A stretch of DNA of 64,000 bases, from positions 2,728,001-2,792,000 of the forward strand of contig CP089274.1 of assembly GCA_023920165.1 (NCBI GenBank), in the 5' to 3' direction. The notes under the pieces are model-generated. The model had not been told where the DNA came from. It searched no databases and worked only from the letters and a program-made list of their open reading frames with translations. Position 1 is the stretch's first letter; every line of letters starts with the position of its first letter. Below are positions 23,409 to 34,762 of this stretch, piece by piece. The stretch comes from Curvularia clavata. Its lineage: Eukaryota. Both the position numbers and the translations under genes were made by a program.

Positions 23409-25875
23409 CTACGTCCGTTGGTAGAGGCTGAGGACGATATCACCCTTGCTCTTGATAACTTTCCAAACCTCAAGATTGTTGGCTTGCAGGGTGTTACCAG
23501 TGACTACAATGGCGTCGCAGAGAAGATATGTATGGCATGGATCGTTGACGAGGTACGACTCAGAGGCACCAAGCACGCGCTGAATCTTGTATGATTCCTG
23601 CGGGACGCCCAGGCTTGCGAGGTAGGTCTGCACCACGCGCGGATGCTCGGCGGCGATGCGGACCGGCTTGTCAGCGGTCCACGAGTGGGGGTCAATTTGC
23701 TGACCCTGGCGACTAATGAGGGCGAGCGAAATGTCGGTTTCTGGTGCAGAGATGATGGGCTGGGAGGCCGTGGGGTAGTTGTCCATGATGACGTTGTAAG
23801 TGATTGTGCCGTCAAGCATGCCCTGAGCAAGGAGGTCTGGCATGTCCTTTGGCCTGGCTGAGACGAAGTGGACGTTGACGCCCTCGCCAAAGGCCTTTGA
23901 GAATTTGGCGGCGTCGACGACCTCATAACTGACGCGCAAGCAGCGGCCCCCGCGGCGGATCAACTTCACCCCCAAATGCGACAGCAAGAACTTATCCGTC
24001 CGGTCCTCGTACTTGTCGACGGTGACGCCAATCGCCTTGGACCTCGCCGGTGTGACGGTGCGGGCAGTGATAGTGTCATTGTCGACTGGCTCTGACCGGG
24101 TGCGTGAGCGATCATGCGCAGCGAGGCGCTCGTACAATGCCCGGTATCGCGGCGTGAGGCTGAGCGTGTCGTCAGCAAGCACGCTGCGAGCATGCAGGCC
24201 GTATGGCTCGTTCGGCGCCACCATCTCGTGCTCGTGGAACGGGCGGCCCGCAAGGTGCGCGCGCAGGAGGCTGTTGAGTTGCGTCCACTTGTCGAGAATA
24301 TTTCCTTTCACTGCGCTGCCGCCTGCCCGCCACATGTCCTTGTCAAACTCCTCCTGGCCCTTTGCGTCCGGATTCTCACGCCGCTTGATACGCATACAGT
24401 CTTGGTTGATCTCGGACCACATGGTACGGCCCGTTGGGTCGAGCATGATGCATCCATCCTGCACCTCGAGCCCGATCTGGTGGAGATAGTGCTGGATGGT
24501 GAAGAAGATCCGTATCGTCCAGTCGACGGATGCCTCAACATCTTGCACGCCGTGCACCAGCTCCTCAGGCACACACTTGTCACCAAACGGCTTGGCGCGT
24601 GCTGTCAGGTAGTCCTTGTAGAAGGCGTCCTTCCCCACCGACGCTTCCATGAGGTGGTAGAATGGGTGGGTTGCGGGATTGACGCCCTTGTATGTGTGGT
24701 TCGGGTTCCGCCAGTCGAAGCGCACATATGGTCCACGCCTATACTGGCCCGTTGGCAGTGTAACACCCGAGTGATTGACAATGTCAAAGAAGGAATGCTT
24801 GTCTGTTCCCAGGCAAAGCTCCTTGTACACTGTCTCGATCTGCGTTATCTCGGTGCTGTGTGCCCAGATGAGCCCATGCGCGTTCAGGCCCTTATAAGTG
24901 TGGCTAATTCCCGCCCGATGGAGCATCTCAAGGAAAAGGCGCGAACCCGCCGCTCGGATGGCGCTTAGACCGGTAATCTCCGCCGTCGATTGCTTGCTGT
25001 GTGAATATATCGTCGGTTTGAGGAAGACAAGGACTTGGTTGTCGAAGTGCCGGGTCAACTGTGTTTCGACTTTGTAGATCTGCTTCGACTCTCCTTCAAC
25101 GACCAGACGAAGTCGCACTGGCGCATCCTTGTCATGCAGTTTGTCGTAGTGGTTTACAAGTGCATGTACGAGGCCTGGGTCACGCGAGCACTGGCTACGA
25201 ACGTCTTCAGGTGTGAAGATAGACGTTTCCCCACACTCGATAGCGATGATCTCTTCCAACCGTTTTGCGTAGTCCACACCGGGTATCACTGCCCGACGAT
25301 TTGCCAAGGAAGCCACATCGTTGGGGGTAAGTGTGCGCAAGGCAAGCCTGGAGAAGAGCGCGAGGACTTCAGTGTTGTGAGCGAGAGAAATAATGTCAGA
25401 CACTGTTTCCTCGACGCTCCTTTTTCCAGTATCTATGACTGGCAGGCCAAAGAATGCTGCTAGTTCCTAACTGTCTATCAGTCTCATTCGAAAAGAGCAA
25501 CAAATACCAACGACATACAAGAAATCGCGCACGGAAGTAGAAGAGGCTCTTTTCGGACTCCCACTTGTCTGTGCTTGGCCGGTTCGCGAGCCTTGCTTGA
25601 AGAGTGGCGAGGTCGGCATCCAGAATGACTCGGACAATCCTGCGGTGAACTCCATCTTGGTCAGTGTAAGATGTGGGGAGGGGAGCACGGTCGTCGTCAG
25701 CAAGCTGTAACGTGAGTTTGTCGAAGCCCCTCACTACAAGGGTATCTTCGAGTGTGGCATCTTCATCTCCACGTGCATAGACAACTTGACCGGCAGCTCT
25801 GAGGGCGGGGACAAGAGTAGATTTTCCAGTTGCGTCGTTGCCGTGGAGAACTATAGTATAGGCCGACCCAGACAT
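23409..25875 (-). CDS. cns3-like: Cns3-like fusion: P-loop nucleoside/nucleotide kinase + SAICAR-synthetase-like domain + ATP-phosphoribosyltransferase (HisG), ~804 aa
   Basis: Exon 1 25875-25519 has the P-loop HGNDATGKST; intron 25518-25467. Exon 2 has PurC-like motifs (EGESKQIY, GLEVQDGC, SEINQDCMRI, FDKDMWR) and HisG motifs (RPKDMP, GASESY, DAIVVTGNTLQANNL). Architecture and sequence match my recollection of Cordyceps militaris Cns3. Confidence 0.9.
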
Positions 25876-26105
25876 GGTAGGCAAAGATGAGGTGGGCAAA
25901 CTTGACCGCGCTGCAATCAGAAATCTTTAAAGAGAAGCGACGAGGTCTGTATGCGCCTGTTGGGAGAAGGATTAAGAGGGTTCCAGTGTCTAATTTATAG
26001 AAAATCAAGCATAGTTTCATGATTTCCAAGCCCTCTCATTCGGTCCTTTTCAGGTTTATATCCCTCAAACCGTAGGGTCACACTGGAGAGAATCTTTCCT
26101 TTTTC

Positions 26106-26760
26106 ATGATGGAGCAACTTGCTCTTGATAGAACAATCATTCAATTCACTTCAAGGAGCCGAGGTTTCCTAATCGAGTGCTTTGCCTCGTTTCTACACAC
26201 AGCTTCTCTTCTACGCCTTAGCGCCATGGTCAAAGAAGCAATTCAAAAACAACAGGATGTACTACATCCAACGCTCCTTAAGCTGTAGCTGCTATGGTTG
26301 AATCTTCTGAAAGGCACGCAAGCTAAACCTGGCAAGGCAGCTTTCATCCAAAGGCCACGCAAGCTCCATCTACCTAAGAGGCCTTCATTCAAGTTTACGC
26401 GCCCAGACTTTGACGTGATAGTCACGTCTCTGATGAACACTCTACAAGCTGAAGCGGTCAGGATAACCCTCAGTTCGAAGTTAATGGGTTTAGTTGCAGC
26501 GGAAAAGCGGGTAAGGGTGCGGGGAGGTAGGCCGAGATAGTTGCTTGGTGTGAAAATGGCTCTAGAATGCATACCTAGTACGGGCCGTTTTAGCAAGCCC
26601 TGGTGGAACCCCACAATAGCCTGGCATGTCGAGCTGATACAAATTAACAAGCACATGCACATAGCGAATTAGCGCGTGAAGAAAGGAAATACATTCTCCA
26701 CTGGCGAAACTCAAGCAAAGCAGTTGCCGCTAACACTTCAACGTCAAAATATGCCGCGAT
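26106..26760 (+). mobile_element. Possible degenerate LINE (Tad1-like) ORF2 fragment, endonuclease end/linker region
   Basis: One frame continues through three TAG stops (~26288, 26540, 26672). It reads FTSRSRGFLIECFAS...FKFTRPDFD...SKPWWNP, resembling the IDLxFAS / FxKADW / PWW motifs between the LINE endonuclease and RT. Motif impression only. Confidence 0.35.
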
Positions 26761-27159
26761 GATCTTTCCCAGAAGAATGATTAAAGTTCATTGGCATATG
26801 CCACTAATCGATGGAACTACAGTAATACTCCGTGTGGAGAGACCAATTACTATGAGTAATAGTGTGTAACATTTGCCTCTGGTGGGCTTGGTTCATGGAC
26901 CAGTTCCGGACAAATAGGTCAGAACCCGAGCGTGGGATCAAAACCAAACCAGCAAGCCCTGACAATGCATACAGGCGTGAGACTCCCATGTCGAGCCGTC
27001 GAACAGATGCCTACTCGAAGCACAGCCCCTATCTGGTATCTAACTAAATATCACTTGAAATTTCTCAACTTATCTTCCTCTCTTTCCCGGACTGCGCAAA
27101 TAACTACATTAATCATCCTACCTCACTTACTTTAGTCGACACATATTGGCCGAGCAAGA

Positions 27160-28194
27160 ATGTCATCTCCTATCAGTGCCGGAGTCTTCCAGACACACAT
27201 ACTCTCTGGAGACGATTCAATTTTGATCCGAGATGAGATACACGGAGAAATGTTGGTTCATGAACCAGTCCTTGTGGAGCTTCTCCAAAGCCCAGAGGTA
27301 CAGCGACTGCGAGGAATCTGCCAATACGGAGTCACGTCTGTCCTGGGCCTGACACCAAGAGTTACGCGCCTCGAGCATTCGGTTGGGGCAATGATGGTGG
27401 TGCGAAGAGTTGGCGGCACAGTTGAGGAACAAATCGCTGGCCTTCTACATGACATCTCCCACACCGTCCTCAGCCATGACGTCGATTACGCTCTTTCCAA
27501 GCTTGGAGAGGAAAGCTACCACGAAATACACAAAGAACGCTATCTTGAGATGACTGAGCTTCCGGAGATCCTCACTAGACATCAGATCGATCGAAAGGTT
27601 CTTGACGAAGATCTATTTCCTCTAGTAGAGATGCCATCGCCTCACCTTTGTGCCGATCGCCTCGACTATGCTTTACGCGACGGTATTAACTTCGGCAAAC
27701 TTGCAATCGACGACGCAAGAAGAGTTGTCGGCTCATTAAAGGCGTTCCCCAATCCAATGGCACCTGATCGATTGCTGGTGCTAGATGATCCACAAGTAGC
27801 ACTGATCCTTGCTCGCGCATATATCACTACCGAAAAAGACTTCATGTCAAACCCCGCCATCGTTGACATGTCTGAGCGTACGGGCCGGGTTATAGGCGAA
27901 CTAGTGAAGGCGGGCTCTGTAGATGAAACTGCTTTGTGGAAAATGTCCGACACTGATTTCTGGGCCTTGTTGCGCCAATCAGCGAGCCCTGAGCAGCTTC
28001 GTGTCATTGAGCGGCTAGAGAGTGAAGGAATCCCAGAGGAGAAGGGACTCCGACGACCAAAAGGTACCAAGGTTCGCACACTCGATCCGGATGTTTGGGA
28101 AGGGGGAGAAAAGCGGCCCGATCCATTGTCGACATTGTTACCAGAGTGGGCGTCTGAGAGAACGCAATACATTCGTAGTCGTAGCCAGGACTAA
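27160..28194 (+). CDS. cns2-like: Cns2-like HD-domain metal-dependent phosphohydrolase
   Basis: QRLRGICQ.G, TRLEHSVG, LLHDISH..LSH and ADRLDY motifs; 344 aa, intronless; closely resembles C. militaris Cns2 as I recall it. Confidence 0.9.
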   Translation: MSSPISAGVFQTHILSGDDSILIRDEIHGEMLVHEPVLVELLQSPEVQRLRGICQYGVTSVLGLTPRVTRLEHSVGAMMVVRRVGGTVEEQIAGLLHDISHTVLSHDVDYALSKLGEESYHEIHKERYLEMTELPEILTRHQIDRKVLDEDLFPLVEMPSPHLCADRLDYALRDGINFGKLAIDDARRVVGSLKAFPNPMAPDRLLVLDDPQVALILARAYITTEKDFMSNPAIVDMSERTGRVIGELVKAGSVDETALWKMSDTDFWALLRQSASPEQLRVIERLESEGIPEEKGLRRPKGTKVRTLDPDVWEGGEKRPDPLSTLLPEWASERTQYIRSRSQD

Positions 28195-30324
28195 TGACCA
28201 TTCCCGTACCTGCCGCGCACAGTCATGGTTGTCTAGTAACACGGCACGGACCATTCCTGGAGGGTCGTCCCGCGTGCCCGCCTCCACATCCACAAGCCGG
28301 TGCAGCTGCATGCGCTAGCTCTACCTATGTACCGTGTTGCCTTGCCCATATATATAATAACACCATCCTTCGGAATATGACGCTAGACTCGGGCATTTAG
28401 TGCACTTTCCGGCTTATGTCTATAGAGCCAAGCAATAAGTACCAGCCGAGGTACATAAGTCGCTCCTTTATTCACCAGTCGTATTTCGTAACTAGATCAC
28501 GCCGATTCAGGAAGGGGAGGCGCATCTGCTGATCACACTCATGGTTTCAATAAGACTGAAGGTCGCAAATAGTTCCATGTGCAAGAAAAACGTGAACAAC
28601 ATGCGTGCATACAGGATATGCCCCGTCGCATGTCAGTCAAATCTCACGCTAAGGTACAGTCGTCCGAAATCAGATCGCCTATGTTAGGCGACGAAGTTTC
28701 CCGGCGCCATTGACTTACCGAACGCCGCTGTTTACTCATCACATACCAGTAGTTATGTATGCTATGTCAACTTCGGCTAGTATGCCTATGGAACTTGCGG
28801 ACGTGTCCGCTGCGTGGTGCAGGGTCGATCGGCCCTTTCAATTGTGCGGTCCGCGTCACCACTGAGCCCAACAGTCCTTCTGTGGGCTAGATACGCCACG
28901 TCATGCAACTCGAGTCAGTTCTTGTCTGCTTACTCCGTACATAGTATTCTATACGCCTTACACCTTAAGAAGGGTCTGTCCTTGGAAGACATGAGTCGTG
29001 TGCTGCAGTCCGATGCAGCCCTTGTTAAATTGCTAGATTTCGTGACTAGAGTAAGTAGCGCGAACCGTGTCTTGGGTACAGCTGACTATCCTCACCGTTT
29101 TGAAGTCTTTTCTCCTCGCTTTCATTCGTCAGTGCCTTCTACATACGTCCCTGCGGATCGCTTCATCGGGAGAGCCTTCTACATGGGGCGAAACGTCCTC
29201 CCCTCGCCAAGCCTGTTGCGTACCCGTGCTCTGACTGTGATGCGTCTCACCGAGTAATGCCCGGAGAATTTGGAGAGTATACATGACCACTGCTGTTCAT
29301 GTGGTCGCAATAACTGAGTTGATCGGTGTATATTGATTCTCGCAAGCGTCGTATATAGAAACTTGTACGACACCACGGTGCGTAGTGTGGCACGTCCGCG
29401 GGCTAATATGCAGACCAACTTCATTGTTCTCAGGTCCAGCTGTCAGCAAAAGAAACAGGCGACCTCTCAAGCCGGGAATTCTACAAAAGAGGTGATAGCT
29501 CAGGGTTACATGTCATCATAGGCGTTGCATCTAGCGTATAGGATCTCACTGTTGTAGGCCCACATGGCCATTTGATTCGTGCTTTCTTAATTACCGCACT
29601 CCACTTAATAACTTGCCGAACAGTACCAAACTGGATACTACGCCCAAACTCTTCTTCTTTCACACTGCTGTGCGGTGGACCAGATCTGCCGAGCCACGAC
29701 ACCAATGCGTTCGGAGCGAATCATTTTTGACACCAGCATTCACATTGCGTCTCCGGAATGCATGGCTGCTTCACTTGAACTTAAAGAATTAGATTGAATA
29801 TATAATATTAGTCATTTTCAATGGTAACACTCCGAGGTGGATCCACTTTAGTATCCGTAAGTGTTCGGTATTCTTGCCCTTCCGTGGCACCGTTGAGCCG
29901 TGAGGCCGGCGGAGCGATTGATTCTGGATATGGACGCTTTGTGTTTTGTCTGTGGGGCATTTTCGCTCCGCTTGTTGATCTAGACGGGTCTTATTAGACC
30001 TCTGTATTAACACAACTTGCTGTATTTTCGCTTCGAGAGCTACTAAGGTGCGACTGACCAGACTAGTAGCACTCAGTATCATTTGTTCTCAAAGCCCATT
30101 TATATGCATTAAGCGATTCAATTTTGAGAAGGTTATCGTATTAGATACTTCATAAGTGACTTTTTTCCCGGTTTGAAAGTACTAAATATAGCGTTCGCGC
30201 CTATTTCCAGCCAGCGTTTTAGACAAATTAATAATCCTAAAAGAACCACAAAATATGCAATTGGATGTGCCTCTGTGCATACATAAAACTGAAACGAATT
30301 GCACATAATGTTTGCCTGAGAGAT

Positions 30325-32268
30325 TTATACACCGGAATCATCTTGCTCAATATCTGCGCTCTCTTGGAAGCTGGCCCAAGTACTGCATCCGTCTCTCACC
30401 TGATCTGAGTCGGTCAGGTTCGCAATGCTATCATACTGTTCCACGAATTGTAGAGCAAAGCCCTCTGAAGTGTGCCAGCCGATGTGGCAATGCATGAGCC
30501 AGGCTCCGGGATTGTCAGTTTCAAAGGCGAGTACAAGGTATCCAGAGGCAGGTAGCATTGCCGTATCTCGTCTGGGGGGATTATCCAGTTTTAATGTTAT
30601 GTCGGACGAGTAGCTGCCAGATCCCTGCGCCAGAACGAAGAAATCGTGTCCGTGAAGGTGTATAGGATGTGGAACAGCTAGCGTAGTCTCGATGACTATG
30701 TATACCCATTCTCCGGCATCGGGCAACTCGATGACAGCGTTTGAGTTTGCCCATGATGTCTCGCCATCGAGGATCTGCAACAGTGTTGGGTCTGTCCAAT
30801 TCACCACCATGGTTGTACTGTTCAGATACCATCGGAAGAGACCATCGCTATTGAAGCCAACAGTCGCAGCCTCAGCACTCGTACTGTCGGAATCTGAGAC
30901 CGTTTTGGAGATGTAGGGAACAAGATTATCTGTCTCATCGCCACAGCTGTCCGTATAACTGTATGCTAACGTCGAGGGCGTAGAGGGCGAAGAACCATAG
31001 TAGACGATACCGCGAATGTCGTCTGTGTTGTCATTGTCTGGAACCATTTGTTAGATCAATAGGGTGACTAGTCTCAGAGCTTCACTAACCAGAGCATGCA
31101 GATTGAGGAATGGCACGCATCCAGAAGTTTTCAGCAGTTGATGCTTGATCGGCTGTGACAATAATCTGTGGACTGTGAGCTCGTTCCCGCCAACTCACGT
31201 CAACTGAGTTATAACTTACGTCGTAACGTTGTCCCATTCCGATATCCAAGACCGTCGTGCTGTACGGCTCAATTGGAACCAAGTCAGATGCGATCACAGT
31301 CATGGTGTGATTATCAATCATGAATTTGAAATGTGTATCAACAGCACCATTTACTAGACGTATCCTGTATGATGTGCCTGAAGTGAAAGATGTGTTGTAT
31401 CGGTAGCCGCCATCTTCGTACGTGTTCGTGCCGTTGATCAAAGCATTATCGAGCGTAGGTGGCCCGCTCGTCTGAGCAGAGAGGTAAAGCTCATCTACTG
31501 TCTATATAACATCGTCAACATGCGCTCAAAGCCCGCGTTATATCAAAGACTTGAGAATACTCACCTGATGGTCCCAATCGTTGAGGAACAGCATTCCCAA
31601 ATCCTCATCGTAATCTGCAGTCGCGGGTCCATTTATGATGATGCCACCAAGGATGCCTTGCCAAGCCTGAAGTGCAAAATGAGAGTGGTACCAAGTGCTG
31701 CCATACTGCGTCGCTCGCCACGTGTACGTTACGGAGCTTCCTGGAGCAGTCGGACACTGGGTAATAGATGAGACTCCATCCTGATCGTTTGTACCGTTTT
31801 GTCGAATACCGTGCCAATGGATGCTAGTGCCGTTCTGGGAGGTCTCGAGGTTGTTTGTTACATGTACGACAACCGTATCGCCCCAGTCTGCAAACAGAGT
31901 TGGACCTGGAATAGTTCCATTCACGGCCATTGCTGACCGAGAGACTCCATCAGGTGCGACAGTCACATCTGTCAACTCAAGCCAGTATTCGCGCGTTACT
32001 CCAGTGTCGGGGACGACTAGATGATCTTGTGATTAGAGTTCTATCTCCACATTCTGTGTACGAATAACCTACAAGATGTATAATCTGTATCAATTGAATA
32101 ATCACACCATGTCGAACGGGAGGTCGCAGTATTGCCAGAGCAAGCTGCTCGTTTATCAAGTTGGTAGCCGTGCGAATGACGGTCATGTTTATGGGAGTTG
32201 TGGTGTGAATTGATAGCCAAAACATGCGCAAATAGCAAACTGACATTGGAGAGATGTAAGAAGCGCAT
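30325..32268 (-). CDS. Secreted laccase / multicopper oxidase (ascomycete AA1-type)
   Basis: All four Cu motifs (HWHG, WYHSH, HPIHLHGH, HCHIGWH); signal peptide and KR propeptide; C-terminal DSGV; several introns. Confidence 0.95.
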
Positions 32269-32945
32269 CTTGCATGCTAATGAGGCCGAAAGCTTGAGTC
32301 AAAATTTGATTGTACGAATATTTGATGGAACAAATAGAGAGTATGACTATCAAGGGGGGTGGTTTGCGCTGCCTTTAAGTTGAATTTCTGAAGTCGTGAT
32401 CGAGACAGGTTCATCATCGAGTTCGTATAGCATATCCACTGCATTGCTGAAAATTGATAGAGCTACCTAACAAAGGAAAAACTCGTCAGCGCCAGGTTCA
32501 CTAGACTTGATTGAGTCTTGCTGGCAGCGCGACGCGTAAACAAATGTTGCGATGTCAAGTCAGGTACAAGGTCGATCATTACTCAAACAGGTATCGACGG
32601 GTGGCCGTGTCAAGCACTTATCGAAGCTTGCGATAGCTTCGCTTCCTACCCCTAGTACAACGGGAGAATCCGGCGATGGAACGGGGCCAACTAGTGTCGT
32701 TTTAGATCTGAGATCGTCTGGACCAGTACAGCGGTTGTTCAAATAATGACCTGTGCTTCAGGTACATGACTGCGGCCATCTGATGACGACCTGCGCTTGC
32801 GTAAGGCACCAGTATGAAGATGAATCTGGATGCTGGAGAATTTTTCTTCCGCATGCTACAAATATAATATAAAGGACCAGCGGTAGGTTTCAAAACTGCT
32901 CAAACAAGCTTTGCATCATTACACGATAAATTCAGAACATCTACC

Positions 32946-33597
32946 ATGTCAATCTCCAAGTCCCTGGCGCTTCTCTGCACTTTGCCCTTTGTTGCATTTG
33001 GTGCAGGAAACCCCCAGAAGTCCCAGGACTTCATGCTCTATGGATACAGTGACAGGTTTGGTGGCAGTCCCTTGGTCTATGCGGATGGTTAGTCACCTAC
33101 ACAAGCTACATTAGTTACCTAAACAAGTCTCATTCATGGAAGGTATGGCATACGTTGGTAATGCAGATGAGCTTAACATCACGGATGCTGCCATTGTGAA
33201 ATGTAAGTCTAGTGTACGAAGGCTTATTGGTAATTTACACGACACTGACATGTCTTCAGTCACGTCTGACTCTAGCAATCAATGGCTCGCATCACCGAAC
33301 GTGACGGCGGGAGGGGATTCGTCCTGGTCCAACGCAACGTTCTTCGTTCCGACGGCTCAGAACTCCGACCGCCGCATTGGCTTTGTCGATGCCAACTCGA
33401 CAACTGAAAACAAGATCACCTCAGGCTTTCGACTCTACGGCTCTCTGGCAGCACTCGTTCTTGATGGGAGGTTGGAGACTCTATGGACGGGGCTTCAAGT
33501 TGGACCGCATGTACATGCTCTATACTGGAACGATACCAGCTTAGGCCAAATCCCAATTACATTGACCAATGTCGCCCCTTCTAATCCATCAGACTAG
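32946..33597 (+). CDS. Small secreted protein of unknown function, divergent from the laccase
   Basis: Signal-like MSISKSLALLCTLPFVAFG, then FMLYGY..FGG.PLVYADG; two short introns; ends in the 33136-33597 ORF. Confidence 0.7.
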
Positions 33598-34762
33598 GCG
33601 ACATGGCATGTGTTTGTTGAGATAGATGGTGGTCTAAGAACTGAAGGCTTGTGAAAACTGAACCCCTAACCCTAAACTTCTCCTGAAGACACCCACCTTC
33701 TTACTCTTTATTGGTTATTGTGTGATAGCTAGTCTGAGTTTTACCCCTTTTGGGTATAGTGCATTGGCTGCGACCTGAACTTTGCCCATCTTCCAGCTAC
33801 TTTAAAGAATCAACCTTACACTACTATTTTGACCCATTTATCTCTGTGGTATGCTTCCCGCTCGTAGATATTGCTGAGTGAGCATATCCTGGGACGCATG
33901 CGGGGTCTAGAAAGAAACGTGGGCTCCATGATCTATGCAATGCCGTAATCTCTTTCTCGACATGAGCAATTCCAGACGAACAGTAGTCTATCTTGTACAA
34001 GTACTGCGAATGTAACGTCTTCTCATTTGAAAGCCTTTTTTGATCTTATCTGGTGCAATTCTGATCGACTTCTGCAGTTCGAAAGTGATTGAGTACAAGG
34101 AATAGGTACAGACTGCACGAAGTGGTGGTAGTTAGCACATGTGGAAACCTAACTCTCTTTGTCTATCGGCTTGATGTACTCTGCACATGAATTAATTTGT
34201 ACCTCGTGCTTAGTTAAAGTTTATTAAGATATAAATGCTTGAGGATCGAACTGCCAAGCCGGAGAGATCTACAGCGATGCAATCCTAATTCAGAAGACAC
34301 TTCCTTTCCCACCGTAATCATCCATTCGCCTACGCAAGCTACATCATAGTTATTTGGTCGATTACTCGACTTGTGTACTTTGCTGGAGCTTCTTAATCAT
34401 TCATTGTGGCTACAAATAGGTCGAAGGAGAAACATGTTCATGCGGGAAAAACACCCTACCTACGTAGAGCACAATGATAGCAGAACCCCACAGGGCGCTA
34501 GTGTCCGCCTGCATTACAGCAAGCATGGTGTCTCCACTGTGCTAGGCATGCCCTACACCTACACTCGCCTCCGTTAAAAAGGCCGAACCGCGGTATAAGA
34601 ACCATGCTTGGATGGATGAGTTCCGTGACGTTCCGTTGTGTTGCATGCGCGTGTTCATATGAAAGCTACACCCCCTCGCACAACCCAGCTGCTTGAAAAC
34701 CCGCCCTAACCCCCACAGACAAGATAGAAAGAAATCAACGAGGAAGAAGCAACAGCCACAGC

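Noticed and set aside
23409..24040. HisG domain as the housekeeping HIS1
   Set aside because: Divergent, fused to kinase and PurC-like domains and lacking the C-terminal regulatory domain; fits Cns3 instead.
28200..30300. Search for a cns1 remnant, and the 147-aa ORF at 28814-29257
   Set aside because: No Rossmann or CEKP oxidoreductase motif or other Cns1-like sequence seen; the ORF has a non-ATG start and no recognisable motif.
33664..33675. CCCTAACCCTAA telomere-like repeat
   Set aside because: Only two units; expected by chance, and there is no subtelomeric context.
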